DNA of 64,000 nt from Macrostomum hystrix (GCA_950097015.1 CATNEN010000039.1:4836001-4900000), one strand, 5' to 3'; numbered from the stretch's first letter, positions 26,676-39,108 are shown. Made by a program: numbers and translations. Notes: generated by a model not told the origin, from the letters alone.

Positions 26676-27697
26676 ATGGACTGGCTAATAGGCAAAGCCA
26701 GGGGCAAGCCTGGTGGCTCGGTTATTTCAAATGGAAATGCTTCATCTGCAACATCGACCAATGGAGCAGCTGAAGATGCCAAACTGTATGCGCAGACTGA
26801 GTATGCATCTAGGCAGATTGCGCTGGGCACAGATCTTGATAGCTTGCTGGAACAGCCACTGTTGCTGCAGCAGAATGAATGGATTGCCACCCACGTGACT
26901 GCACTCTATGACAATGTCGGCACCCTGTTTGAGGCCGTGTTCGATTTCTGCACCTGCGAGCGGTTTACTGGTCCTGGCGGGGTCAACTTTGGCGTCAACG
27001 AGGAGAAAGCGAAAAAGGTGAGTGGACCCTGACCCAGTCATTCACCCAACCCCTGAGGGCCCTGACCCAGTTATTCAATCAGCCCCTGACCCAGTCATTC
27101 CCCCGACCCCTGACCCAGTCATTCAATACACCCTTGACCCAGTCATTCACCCAACCCCTGACCCAGTCATTCACCCAACCCCTGACCCAATCATTCACCC
27201 AACCCCTGACCCAGTCATTCACCCAACCCCTGACCCAGTCATTCACCCAACCCTTGACCCAGTCATTCACCCAACCCCTGACCCAGTCATTCACCCAACC
27301 CCTGACCCAGTCATTCACCCGACATTAATTCCGACGTTCCCTCTGCTTCCAGGCCCGCGCCAATGCCCGCAATCAGATTGACAGCGCTCTGGCACAATGC
27401 CAGGACCTCCTGGGCCAGTTCCCAACCCGGTACGGCCAGGCCTTCATGCACGACCTGCACTCGGCCGCTGCCAGCGTCCTTCGCCACCTGCTGCACATCC
27501 TGGCGCACATTTACTCAGCCCACTTTGACGCTGTGCTCCGCCTTGACCTGGTGCCCCATCTCAACACCGTCACCCGCCACTGCCTGCTGTTCAATGCCAA
27601 GTTTCGCATTGTTGAAGATCGTGAACTCGATCCGCTGGCTGAGCTACAGGCTGCTCTGATTGGCGCACCTGGGGCGGCTGGCGGTCGCGCCCTTTAA
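26676..27697 (+). CDS. MOB2: MOB kinase activator 2-like; exons 26676-27017 and 27353-27697
   Basis: Starts MDWLIGKARGKP (MOB2-type N-terminus); NEWIATH, FCTCE, FPTRYG, LAHIYSAHF, HLNT motifs; AAG|GTGAGT...TTCCAG|GCC in phase. Confidence 0.88.
27027..27320. repeat. 24-bp intronic minisatellite (CCCCTGACCCAGTCATTCACCCAA); same unit recurs at ~30925-31035
   Basis: About 12 tandem copies. Confidence 0.95.
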
Positions 27698-27807
27698 TGT
27701 TTTTTTGTGTTTATGATATATAACTTCGCGTAGCTTTCAATACTTTCTTCGATTCCTTTACGTCGTTTTTGTTTTCGTTTTTCTCTAAGCCTTGTCTAGC
27801 GGGCACC

Positions 27808-28260
27808 CTTGATGTTTTTATAGAAGTTTGTAGCCTAATTGGGGTTGCGGGCGGCAGATGCCTTTGATGTTTTTTTCAGAGTTTGTAGCCTAATTGGGGT
27901 TTCGGGCGGCAGATGCCTTTGATGTTTTTATAGAAGTTTGTAGCCTAATTGGGGTTGCGGGCGGCAGATGCCTTTGATGTTTTTTACAGAAGTTTGTAGC
28001 CTAATTGGGGTTTCGGGCGGCAGATGCCTTTGATGTTTTTATAGAAGTTTGTAGCCTAATTGGGGTTGCGGGCGGCAGATGACTTTGATGTTTTTTTTAC
28101 AGAAGTTTGTAGTCTAATTAGGGTTTCGCGCGGCAGATGCCTTTGATGTTTTTTACACAAGTTTGTAGCCTAATTAGGGTTTCGCGCGGCAGATGCCTTT
28201 GATAGTTTTTACAGAAGTTTGTAGCCTAATTGTGGCGGTGGGCGGCAGATACCTTTGATT
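27808..28260. repeat. ~58-bp tandem repeat in the MOB2 3' region
   Basis: TTTGATGTTTTT..AGAAGTTTGTAGCCTAATTGGGGTTGCGGGCGGCAGATGCC about 8 times. Confidence 0.9.
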
Positions 28261-29391
28261 TTTTCTGTATGTTAGCTTACTAATGTAAAAATTCATATCT
28301 TGGATCGATATATACAATGTGTGTCTTGAGTCTTTAGAGTCAAAGATACGATGCTTTTTGATCGTTTTTTTAGCTGCAAATTCTCACTTTTCTCTTCGTT
28401 TTTGCAATGCGCTTTGAGCTTGGAGATTTCTATGGGAGTTTCTGCTCTTAGCAACCGAATATTCGCAATTTTTGTCTGTATAGTTTGCAGCACCTTGTAC
28501 TCGTAGTATGTAGTCTTTTTGTGTTTGAGCAAAATCTCATTTTTACATTTTATGTCAATTTCCGTCTGTTTCCACAGTTGCTTAATCATTTTAGTACAGA
28601 ATTTTCTACGTGTCCTTTTTTGACCTTAATGTGTACTCTTTCTGCCTCTCACTGGTCCTGTTTTTTGTCTTCCCTGCTATTCTCACTGCTGACCTTAACA
28701 CCTGCCTCTCTGTCTAAGGCTAGCTTCAAATAAATTGTCCCTTTCTGACCTTAAACATCTGCTATTATCCATGATCTCTATTATCGCTACTATCTGTCTC
28801 TCAAATCCACTGTATTTCGCTCTAATCTCGAATAAAATTCACTTCGTCTCACTCAAACCTCATACTGTATCTCTCGAATCTCAGATCTCACATAATCTCA
28901 TCATGTTTATGAGTGTCTGCTGCAGTCTGTTGCGTTGATTAGTCCAGAATTATAGTTGCGTCTGTTTATTTAGATTATATTATATATAGATTATCACACT
29001 GCTTTTCCCATTATCTCTGATTTTAGGCGCATGCGCATTACTCTTCGTTAGATAAATTTGTATCGACTCGTAGTTAATCAGTTGTAATAAATATTCGCAT
29101 TATTGTGATCTAAAAGCTGGCAGATTTTTTGTGAAAAACAGCCTGAGTTTGAAACTTGATTTGTTTAAAATGATTTTCTCTACTAAATCCTGTGTCTCAA
29201 TCAACCTTAGAACTGCTTCCTTGGAACTACAGAAAGTAGTCTTTAGACTCATTAATACGTCTCTGGCCAAAAGTGCCAGAAACAAATTCGATTCAGTGGC
29301 TGAATCTACGGGAAAATGTAGTGGTATTTTTTTCTTTCAAAAAACTTATCACGCGATATAGGTCTTTAAGCAGTAGTAAAAAATCTGTTGA

Positions 29392-29555
29392 GTCATGTTA
29401 GTCAATGTTCCTAACAGCATTGATCAAGTTGTTGTATGGATGTCCATGGACCATGAACGGACCCGGCAAGCTGAGCAGCGGGACGTCCTGGACAGGCTCG
29501 GAACAGTAGCTCTCAGCCCGGATCACGTGGCCCGCCAGTTGGAGTCTCCGATGTT
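29392..29555 (-). pseudogene. Non-LTR (RTE-like) retrotransposon C-terminal fragment
   Basis: Translates to RRLQLAGHVIRAESYCSEPVQDV, like the RTE 'RRL.W.GHV.R' C-terminal motif. Confidence 0.5.
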
Positions 29556-30527
29556 AGCTATTATTGTCGACTATATTGTTACTTTTTTTTATTGAACCAA
29601 TATGCATTCGTCATAGAGGTCTATACAGAATAATGTTATTGTCCTTGTCACCGTGGTCTTTGACAAGAATCGCTGAATATCTCGACGATGATGACGTCGG
29701 GCGGCTTTGAAAGCTATAGTTCATCGCAAGGGGCCGAAAATGCCTATCAATATGGTGTAATTTCACGTAAATCGGTCGGTCATTCAGTTTGGGCTTTATC
29801 GTCAATTAGCACGAGACTTTCCCGTTGAGATTTTCAAGCCAATGCAAGCTTTCTGACCTTGTTTTGCCACCGAGGCTTTCCCATAATGATTTTCCTGAAG
29901 CAATATTTACTTTGCAATGCTGTTTTATTCAGAAAAAATTGACAATATCGGCGGGAAAGCTGCAGCGGAAAAGTCTTGTAGATCCGAGTGGCTTTCGCAC
30001 CAGTCATTCGTCTGAGGCACAGTTATAGAGATAAGCAATCTCATTTATTATACGATCTGTGACCGCCTCATCACGAGGCACATTCTACAACTACCCGTGT
30101 GTGCTATGCTTTGCGAGGAGGCAGTTTGGTAAAGTCGACACCACTGGCTCCCTTGGGACGCGTGAGTACAAATGCGCGAGTGTGCTGTGATGTCAGGAAT
30201 TCCAATCGTCAACTATCGCCCAAGGCTGCTGCAGGTATCCACTGCTTGCTTGTTAATCTTGCTTGTCTTTTTTCTTTTTTTATGAAAGCATATATATTTT
30301 ATTTTATTGTCTCGCCTAAATCTTACAAATCATGTCTGCGAATCTCACAGAGGCCTTTGACAATGCTCACAGAAAGCCAAAAAGCGACAGAATGCGGCTA
30401 TTCCGGAAGTACGACTCAACATTTATTCGAATACAGTTTTTTCTGTTAGAGGCGACCTGACTTCTAATCCACGTACAATACGAGTGTACTTTTGCGACTC
30501 TGTTATGTAGACTACACTTTTCAGTCT

Positions 30528-31090
30528 GCCCCTCCCAACTCATCCCATTCGGCCACCTCACTCCCTGCCCCTCCCCACTCCTTACATTCGGCCACCCCAC
30601 TCCCTGCCCCCTCCCCACTCCCTGCCCCCTCCCCACTCCTCACATTCGGCCACCTCACTCCTTGCCCCTCCCCACTCCTCACATTCGGCCACCTCACTCC
30701 CTGCCCCTCCCACTCCTTACATTCGGCCACCCCACTCCCTACCCCTCCCCACTCCTCACATTCGGCCACATCACTCCCTGCCCCTTCCCACTCCTCACAT
30801 TCGGCCACCTCACTCCCTGCCCCTCCCCACTCCTTACATTCGGCCACGTCACTCCCTGCCTCTTTCCACTCCTCACATTCGGCCACATCACTCCCTGTCC
30901 CTTCCCACTCCTTACATTCGGCCGGTCATTCACCCATCCCCTAACCTATCATTCACCAAACTCCTGACCCAGTCATTCACCCAACCCCTAACCCGTCATT
31001 CACCAAACTCCTGACCCAGTCATTCACTCAACCCCTCACACTCCTCAAATTCAGCCACCTCACTCCCTGCCCCTAGCTTCCCACTCCTAT
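30528..31090. repeat. C-rich ~40-bp minisatellite (CATTCGGCCACCTCACTCCCTGCCCCTCCCCACTCCT..)
   Basis: Tandem copies; source of the spurious ORFs at 30367-30967. Confidence 0.9.
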
Positions 31091-31572
31091 TACGAACTTG
31101 ACGGAGAAATAGATTTACGCGCGTGTCTTCCGTTGTCAAAAGCAAAACACTTGATCCTAAATGCACTGCAAATGTACGAGTATCTACGGTTGTATAGTCT
31201 ACTCATTATCTTCAAGTTTTTCGCTTGCGTATCCACTGAGCGAGTGGCCATACTTAACAGCTGTAATTCGGCTTGAGCCATGCAGACAGAGAACACTCAC
31301 TGAGAAGTAGAACTCGGCCCCGAGTTTCTCATCACCAGACAAAGTACAATATACAATTGTACTTGTTCGAGCGTGCAGACTTCACATTAACCACCCCAAT
31401 CCAACCCAACCCCACCTCACCTCTCTCCCAGTCACTAGCGTAAGGCAAATGTACAATAATTCCAGGAATAAGCTATACTTAGGCAAAGTACGAGCCATTT
31501 TGCGCACAGTATAACTTAAAATAAACTACGAAGCTCATGTGCTGGGACTGCAGTATTTCCTTATCTGGCCTT

Positions 31573-31939
31573 CAATTCAACAGGACCAGATAATGCTTAG
31601 CGTACGCGTCAACAGTAAAGCATCACTGGCGAAGTCCGACACAAACAATCAACTGCTGCAGCCTCCGCTAGCTGAGGTGGACCGCGGCCCGGCCACAGAG
31701 GCGCTGGTGCGCGAGCTGCACCTTTGGCGACTCACCCGGCAGCTGCGCCGCGTCTTCACTGAACTTGGCGATGGTCCAATGCAGCGGACAAGGGAGCGTG
31801 ACCAAGCCGAGGCTAAGAATATTCTGGACCGCTGGCTGCTGTCCTTCCAGCTGGGCAGTGGCGACGGCGACGCCCGTGCGACCGGATTGTCCGTGTTTCC
31901 TAGAAACATCGGGCTGGACGACTTTGCCTGCCGGAAGCT
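31573..31939 (+). CDS. First coding exon of an unidentified host gene, probably continuing at ~62731 after the insertion complex
   Basis: GC-rich exon-like ORF ending at a CTG|GTTAGA donor; only a weak by-eye resemblance to the PCIF1 helical region. Confidence 0.45.
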
Positions 31940-31983
31940 GGTTAGAAATGGAACTTCCGTGTTCGAATTTATATCAAGTACCA

Positions 31984-32741
31984 CTAGGAGTAGAAGGATG
32001 GGAAACTACAGTTCTTAGAAAAAAACTAAAGGCAGCTAGTTTTCGCGAAAATACACTACGGAGATAGGAAATTGTCACTTTTTCACATTAAAATGGGGAC
32101 AGTTTTTGATTGAAAGCAGATACAAATCTGCTTTTGATATAACTTGCCTAACTTGTTGCTCTACCGAATGTTATAAAGTTTTCTACATTACAATTTGATC
32201 TTCATACGATTTTCTTTACTTATAAAGATTCAATTCACTGACAAAAAATTTACAGTTGTTTTTTAGCTATTATTCTTAATGTCAATGAGCCTATAACTTC
32301 AGACTTTTCAGCTGTACTTTTTTTTACTAGCAATCAACTTTCATTATAATTTAGTTAAATGATGCTTAGGTCTTGTTAAGTACTTAATTTATTTAAATCT
32401 ATAAATATATAAAATTAAAAAATAATAATAATTTAATAAATTAGTATAAATTTTAAAAAGTAAAATAAAAAAGCATGGACCGACACTCACTGTCGCTCAC
32501 TGACAGAAGAAATAGCTATTAATAATTTTTTATTAATTAATACCTAATTAAAAGAGCAGCACAAGTATAAGATCAAGCTAGTTTTACTAGCCTGTAGTAT
32601 TAAATTTCTGACTTATGATAGGTTATTTAGTAAAGAAAACCGTATGAAGATGATTGTAATGCATTGTAATTTCTGTTGCGGAAAAACGTCTTCAGTTTTT
32701 TCTAAGAATCGTAGTTTCCCATCCCATCCTTCTACTCCTAG
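31984..32741. mobile_element. MITE with ~45-bp TIRs
   Basis: CTAGGAGTAGAAGGATGGGAAACTAC.. and its reverse complement at 32695-32741; AT-rich interior; no clear TSD. Confidence 0.65.
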
Positions 32742-33216
32742 AACTTTGTCCTTGATTTATATTTGTCTCTGATATTTGTATTTGGCACTTAATAAAGACC
32801 AATTTTATAAAGAATATCTAATTTAGGTCAACTGTCCGAGGGTTAATAAGATGCGGATTTTATCTACGGAAACTTCAGACTTTGCCATAGACAATTTGCT
32901 CGTAGATGTCGAAGTTTTTGTCCCCCATCATCCAGCATATATAATACGCTACACATCAAGCTCAAATCAGTTCAGGAGATAAAGTCAATTCTTTCTTCTT
33001 CTAGGCTATTATAATTAACATCACAAGAGAGAATTATAGATTCTAGATGGTTTGGCTGGAGTCGAAAAATTTCTTCCAGCTATCTGTGTTTTATAATGTT
33101 GAACCCAGGTGCTCGTTTGTAATAATGATAATACAATACAATAATATTGTTAATACAATAATACTAGCTGCTGGAGGGCCGCAGGCAATGACACATCATT
33201 TAATTGGTGACACTAG

Positions 33217-33417
33217 TGTAATAAAATGAATGTCCTAGCTGGAGCGTGAGGAATTTAAAGCTAGCGACTATTCACTATTCACCGGGGTCGGTGTCCTACC
33301 AATCGGTTCAATAGCAGCAGGGAATCTGGAATTAAATAGCGTTAGAGACTGGTAGCGAGCGAAGTGGAATAGATAAGCGATGAGATCCGTGTGTCGTCCT
33401 CCGGCCCGGCGAAACTC
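33217..33417 (-). repeat. Terminal 201 bp of a third LTR copy
   Basis: Matches 34539-34739, then joins abruptly to Polinton TIR sequence. Confidence 0.9.
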
Positions 33418-33644
33418 TGGTTTGTGCATTAAGGAGGCTGCGATAATTTTTGTCCTAGATATTAAACTTACAAACTGATGTGGAATATTAAAAGTAGAGA
33501 ATTTAGAATATGGAGACGGAGTTTTTTAGAGAGAGGCGGGGACCCTTTTTTTCCTGATCTCTTCGGGAATAATAAAAGTAATGGTTTGTGGATAATGGAG
33601 GCTGCGATTATTTTTGTCCTAGAAGCCCCCTCTTGCATACTACT
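33418..33644. mobile_element. Orphan Polinton TIR end (227 bp) in the duplicated gag
   Basis: Reverse complement of 45161-~45387 (one substitution seen); ends ...GCATACTACT followed by TCATCA. Confidence 0.92.
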
Positions 33645-34092
33645 TCATCAATTCTAACTTGGCCTCTTCCTCCTGGCCGATAGGCTTAAACTTTATCTTC
33701 AGTTCTCTAATAACATCTGCAAAAGGCGCAGAGCTTGGTAGACTCAAATTCATGAATACTTTGTAAGCGTCTTCTTCAAGAAGCGAAAGTAACTGGTAAG
33801 TCTTAGTGGAATTATCGATGCCATTTCCTTGGCAATAATTTTCGAATATCCTAAGAAATAGTTCGAAGTCGCCGCCTACCCTGTATGGCTTGGGCTTAGC
33901 TAGGTGGCTGTTAGACTTAAAGATTACTTTAGGCTCTGGAGTGTCAGTTGTCATTCTTCTAATTCTTTCTTCCAGCTCAGTGATAACTGTCCTAAGATGC
34001 TCTTTCTCATCGTCTACAAGTACATTTTCAGCTCCTACCGCCATTGCGGCGTCCTGTTGGTCTCCGTCCAAGGACATAATAAAGGTCAACAA
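33645..34092 (-). pseudogene. gag: Duplicated 5' half of Gypsy gag, truncated at the Polinton junction
   Basis: 150-aa ORF identical to 60455-60907; PBS at ~34523-34536 upstream. Confidence 0.9.
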
Positions 34093-35556
34093 TAATGTAC
34101 ACCAAAATAAACAGGCAGGCTCTCTCGCAATAATTAATTTGGGGTAGAAAAATCTCTTATCTGGCTGGCCAATGAATGTACACTCTCTCCCTGGCTGATT
34201 CCTATTCTATCTCTCACCCAGATGCTACAAGCGGAATTACGTCACTTGCGAACTGGTAAAAGTCCTACGGGTCAAAATAATAAGGTGACAAGCGGCAACC
34301 ACCTCACTTGTCTGCCGGGCAGGGACTGGGTAATTCCAACTAAAGGGCTGTACTGTATATGTACTCTTACAGTATATGTATTAATACAGTAGTGCACGCC
34401 TACTGGGGCAATAAATTTTAGTCCTTAAATGGCCCTACAACGAACTCGGACGAGTTCGTTCTAAAATCTTGCTCACTTAGAGCGCCTACCCGATAATCTG
34501 CGCCTCCTGCTAACTATTGGATCACCAGGGGCTCCAATTGTAATAAAATGAATGTCCTAGCTGGAGCGTGAGGAATTTAAAGCTAGCGACTATTCACTAT
34601 TCACCGGGGTCGGTGTCCTACCAATCGGTTCAATAGCAGCAGGGAATCTGGAATTAAATAGCGTTAGAGACTGGTAGCGAGCGAAGTGGAATAGATAAGC
34701 GATGAGATCCGTGTGTCGTCCTCCGGCCCGGCGAAACTCCCAATGAAAAAGAAATAACACAGTGTGAACACAAGACTCGAATAATTTGATTAGAAGTGAT
34801 TTGATCAGCTGTGACTCAGATACGAATAGGAATTACTTTGAATATAGTTTACTTGACTTAAAAGTTATACTGACAGAATAAGGATGTTCGCACAGAGATA
34901 AATTATAGCGCGCTCACAGTGAGAAGCAAGTCTGGTCTAACAATTTGGATTTAACAATTTTACTTAACTGGCCTACATCCGCGCCCTACTCTTCCCGAGA
35001 GGCTCCGGTTGTCTCTGCTTTCAGCGCTGCCCCGACAGATCCTATCGGTTGGCACTCCTTCTGCCTGACGGCGGAGTCTCCGAAGAGAGCACGTACTGAC
35101 TTCGACAACAAGCGCCTATCTAGACCACCCTTGTCAGCGGCGCACTCTCAAGACGCGTAGCGCCGAAAGCTACCTAACTGAACAAGCGGAGTGTGGTCGG
35201 GCGGGGAGGGACAAAACAAGTGGACTAGTTGCACGTGCTTCTCACAGTGTGAGGCGAATTGCGGAGAAAAAGAGAGAAAGATAATTTGGACTACAAAAAC
35301 ACGCTTCGTTATATAGTCACTAGCTTTTTTTGCTCGTTGTTTTTGGGGCAGAAATTTAAAGCAAAGCAGTAAGCAATTCACGTCTCTGCATTAACTTTAT
35401 AGTGAAGGTCACCATTTATTTATTTACTGCATTAATGAAAAGTGAAGAGTTTGTTTAAGGGCGTTTTAAGTAAAAAATAAGTGAAAAGTTTGTCCAAACA
35501 GCCCCCTCTTGATTACTTCTTTAGAAACATGTCTCTTAGCCACTCCTCTATACAGT

Positions 35557-35828
35557 CAGTGGCAGATCCAGGAATTTTGTTTTGGGGCGGTCTGTCAGGG
35601 GAGCGCCATGAGAATCACAGAGGGGGTGCCAGCGGCCGAAAAAGGGCGCCAGGAGCCAACAAAGGGCGCCAGCGGCTGAAAAACGGAAGCCAGCGGCTGA
35701 AAAAGGGGCGCCAGCGGCTGAAAAGGGGCGCCAGTGCTGCGACTGGCGCCCCTGGTGGGGGCATCTTATTCCCATGATTAAAATTTAGGGGGGCGACTGC
35801 CCCCCGCCCCCCCCTAAATCTGCCTCTG
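35557..35828. mobile_element. hAT-type MITE inside the Helitron
   Basis: TIRs CAGTGGCAGAT / ATCTGCCTCTG; perfect 8-bp TSD TATACAGT at 35549-35556 and 35829-35836. Confidence 0.85.
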
Positions 35829-35980
35829 TATACAGTATGCATGTACACGCGTATACATAAGGAAAATAGCCATGGCATAACAATAACAATGTCAAAGAAA
35901 CAAAATTAAACTGTTTCAGAGTTCAGAGTTAGACAGGTCAAGGTCAATTCGTGACTACTTTTCTATTAATTGCTTGCGAG

Positions 35981-36950
35981 TCACCTCAAGGCCTGGGGAT
36001 ACACCACATTCTTCGTTCTTCCCCTTGGTGCGAAAATGAATAGGCCAGCTGGAGTTCCAACACGGGAGCAGGCGACATAAAGCTGCCCATGCGAGAAGCA
36101 AGGAGTCTCCAGGTTGATGCCAGCCACCTTCAGCGACTGTCCCTGAGCCTTGTTAATAGTCATCGCAAAGCACACTCTCACAGGGAACTGCAGTCGCTTG
36201 AACTGAAATGGCAGGTCCGTGGGGATAATTGGAATCCGGGGAACGAACACAGACTCTCCTCTGCCAGATCCAGTCATTATCGTGGCCTCAATCACGTGTG
36301 GGAAGAGCCGCCTGACTATCAGTCTGGTGCCGTTACACAGCCTTGGCGCATTCAGGTTGCGGAGGAGCATAATTGGTGCCCCAACTTTCAGCTGCAAGTT
36401 GTGCGATGGAGTTCCAGGAGGATCTAGAGAGTTCAGAAACTCAACAGGATACTCCACAGCGGTGTCATCCGTCAACGTTGCATCAATTGACTTGTAGGTG
36501 AAAACTGCACCTGGCAACTCCTGAAGCAGTTGGTAGTTAATTTCGTTGGCGGCATCATTTCTAGGACACAGAATTGCCCTCTCTGACAGCCAGTCAACGT
36601 CAGCATATCGAACCATCAGGTTCGGGTAAACTTTTGCCTTGAGCTCCTGCACTGACTGCACAATGTTTCCGATTGTAGCGATCGATGACTGCCTATCCTC
36701 GGTGCTAATCTCCAGCAGACCATTGCCGATTCGCAATAGATTGGCAGAGAACTCATGAGCTGTTTCGTCTCCTTGAATTGTAGCTCTCATGTTTGTTCGT
36801 AGGTGCAACTTCACAACCGATGGCCACAGGTGAGATGATTTTAGGCAAGCATTAATCTCATCAGCAGGAGTGCCACGCGGAATCACAGGCAGCGTCTGTC
36901 TAAAGTCTCCAGACAGCAGCAGAGTGACACCACCCATCAGTTGATCGCCA
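35981..36950 (-). pseudogene. Helitron PIF1-like (SF1) helicase C-terminal half; no Rep domain or Walker A
   Basis: GDFRQTLPV, LRTNMR, AILCPRN, LRNLNAPRLCNGTRL, FAMTINKAQGQS, HGQLYVACSRV motifs. Confidence 0.92.
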
Positions 36951-37919
36951 GCCTCTCTCTTTCTTCTATCCCCAGGCTGGCTGGAGAGAAATATCGACCG
37001 GAGAGCCCTGCGCACTGGGACGCCACCGCACTCACCGCACTCAGTCTCAGTGCTGCTTGGGGGCCAGTAGACAGTCTAGGGGTTTGGGCTGTGTACATTC
37101 ACGGCTTGAAATACAATGTACAGTCTGGGGCTTCGGCGCCCGGGGAAGGGAGGGGGTGGCTGTAATAAAATTTGGCCCGCAGAGTGGCGGAGGGGAGTTG
37201 GGTGGCTGTCCTCGGAAAACAAAAAGTGACTCACTTTGAGATGATGCAGCTTTGCTCTGGATTGAGTAGAGATGTTCAAAATTGACAGCATTGTTGGAAA
37301 ACATGTAAAGTGTAAGTGGATCAAATTTGGAGAAAATCTGACAAAGTGGGGCGACGATATGTCGAATTGAGTGATTTTTTGACGATTTTTGAGCAGTTTT
37401 TTGCACTTTTGAGCAGGAAGGAAATGATTTTTCGGGAATTTGAGTAGCCTATTACACTCAGCGTAGGTGGTTTTAGGTATGTGCAAAGTTTGGTGCGATT
37501 TGGTTGAGCGGTTTCGGCGTCTATAAAGACAAAAGGTTGCACACACACAGACAGACAGACAGACAGAGAGAGTTTTCACTTTTATATATATAGATTTTAA
37601 CCCCAAATTAGGTCGATCGGCGAGGTGGATGCCTGGCTGTAGCTTGAGCCAAGGCGACAAATCGCAGTAGACTTGCGACCGCCGTTCTGAGCCCCGGGGT
37701 CGCTTCTTGCCGAGGGTAGACAGGTAGTGAGGCCGGGTCGCTCGCTGATTGGTCGGGACCGTAGCCCAGGGGTAGCGCTCGCGGGGTGGTGGGCGTCCGT
37801 TCCCCCAGCTGGTCCGGCCCGGCTTGGCGTGGATGAACTCTTAGCAAAATACACGTGTCTAAAAATAAGTATTGAATAATAACACGGGGAGATAGAAGGG
37901 CAAACAAGCTGACACTACA

Positions 37920-37931
37920 CTCCCCCCTCCT
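37920..37931 (-). promoter_or_regulatory. Polypurine tract (AGGAGGGGGGAG)
   Basis: Immediately 5' of the LTR start TGTAGTG on the minus strand. Confidence 0.85.
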
Positions 37932-38914
37932 AAAAGAAGTAGGGAAAATGAGGAAAAAATTGTAACATGACAATATCGATTCGGAAATTAACAAAGACCA
38001 AATAAATATTCGCGGATGAAATACGTAACTCGCTAAAATTTTGAAATCGTGCGAAATAAATTATTACGACTATCGAAGCATAAATCTGAAATATATATAT
38101 TAAAAAGTTCAGGAGTTAAATTCAATTCGAATAATAACTGAGCAATAGCAACACAAAGCAGTCGCAACTCGGCAGAGTAATAACTAAGCAATAAGCAGTA
38201 CTAATTAAACAACACAGCAGGAAATAACACAGCAACATCTTAGCAATGCATCTGACCAATTAAGCAACTAACAATAGGAAACAATAATCGAACACGGCGG
38301 AAAAACAGTAGCAACGGGGCGAGTAAAAATAATAAAGAAATCCGAACGAAATTCCATAATGACACACACCATGGCAACGATAATCAAAGAAATTAAGCAA
38401 TGACAAATAGCAACAAACGACGGGACAATGCAACTGTGACGCACGGCAACAATACAAGAACGCAGTAACTTCACAAAAATATCAGAGCGTTATTCTGGGA
38501 AAAAAGTTCACAAAAGCAATTTGAAATTAAGCGTATTTAGCATAGCGGTCGCGATAGAAACAAGAAAAGAAACGTATTTTACAATAACCGACGCGGCGAC
38601 AATAATTAATAATGCACGGCAAAAAATCAACTAAAAATCGAACTTGACACACTCTCACCACCTCCCCCCTCCTAAAAGAGGTAGAGTAGGGGTCTTCACT
38701 GTTTTCTTGACAGCGGAAACTGATAAATTCAAGACAATAATTGGTACAGGACTCTCAAAGCACGGCGAACAGAACTCAGACTCTAAGACTTAGACAAGGC
38801 TCAATTTTCCTCTGTATTTGACGCAATCATTGCCTTGCAATGATGGGTTAATCGATGAAGTATAAGTTAATGCTCTAGGGCGTAATTCGGTACATCACTC
38901 TATCCTCCTTACTT

Positions 38915-39108
38915 AGGTACAGTTTAACGTCATGTCCCAGGACGTTAAATCACTCTAATACTCTTCTTACTTCGGTACAGTTTAACGTCATGTCCCAGGA
39001 CGTTAACTATACTTTCTAGTTATGGTGCAGTTTAACGTCTTGCCTCCAGGACGTCAACTATACTTTCTAGTTATGGTGCAGTTTAACGTCTTGCCTCCAG
39101 GACGTTTA
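38915..39108. repeat. Four tandem stem-loop units in the Gypsy 3' non-coding region
   Basis: TTAACGTC-N9/10-GACGTTAA cores at ~50-58-bp spacing. Confidence 0.85.

Larger units (their letters stand above)
35320..37594 (-). mobile_element. Internally deleted Helitron
   Basis: Minus strand starts 5'-TCTATATAT and ends CTAG-3'; inserted between A and T of the LTR (intact LTR reads GTCA|TTTTAA); no TSD; carries a helicase fragment. Confidence 0.9.
34539..37919 (-). repeat. Middle LTR (3' LTR of the full copy, 5' LTR of the partial copy), split by a Helitron into 34539-35319 and 37595-37919
   Basis: Both halves match 61327-62440; PPT on one side (37920-37931) and PBS on the other (~34523-34536). 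Confidence 0.9.

Noticed and set aside
28293-30480. Minus-strand gene downstream of MOB2
   Set aside because: Short ORFs with no recognisable domain or consistent splice model, apart from an RTE fragment.
31573-31939. Assignment as PCIF1
   Set aside because: Only a faint by-eye resemblance; no WW or NPPF motif in the window, so left unnamed.
34539-37919. Two different LTR families
   Set aside because: The two blocks are contiguous in 61327-62440; they are halves of one LTR split by the Helitron.
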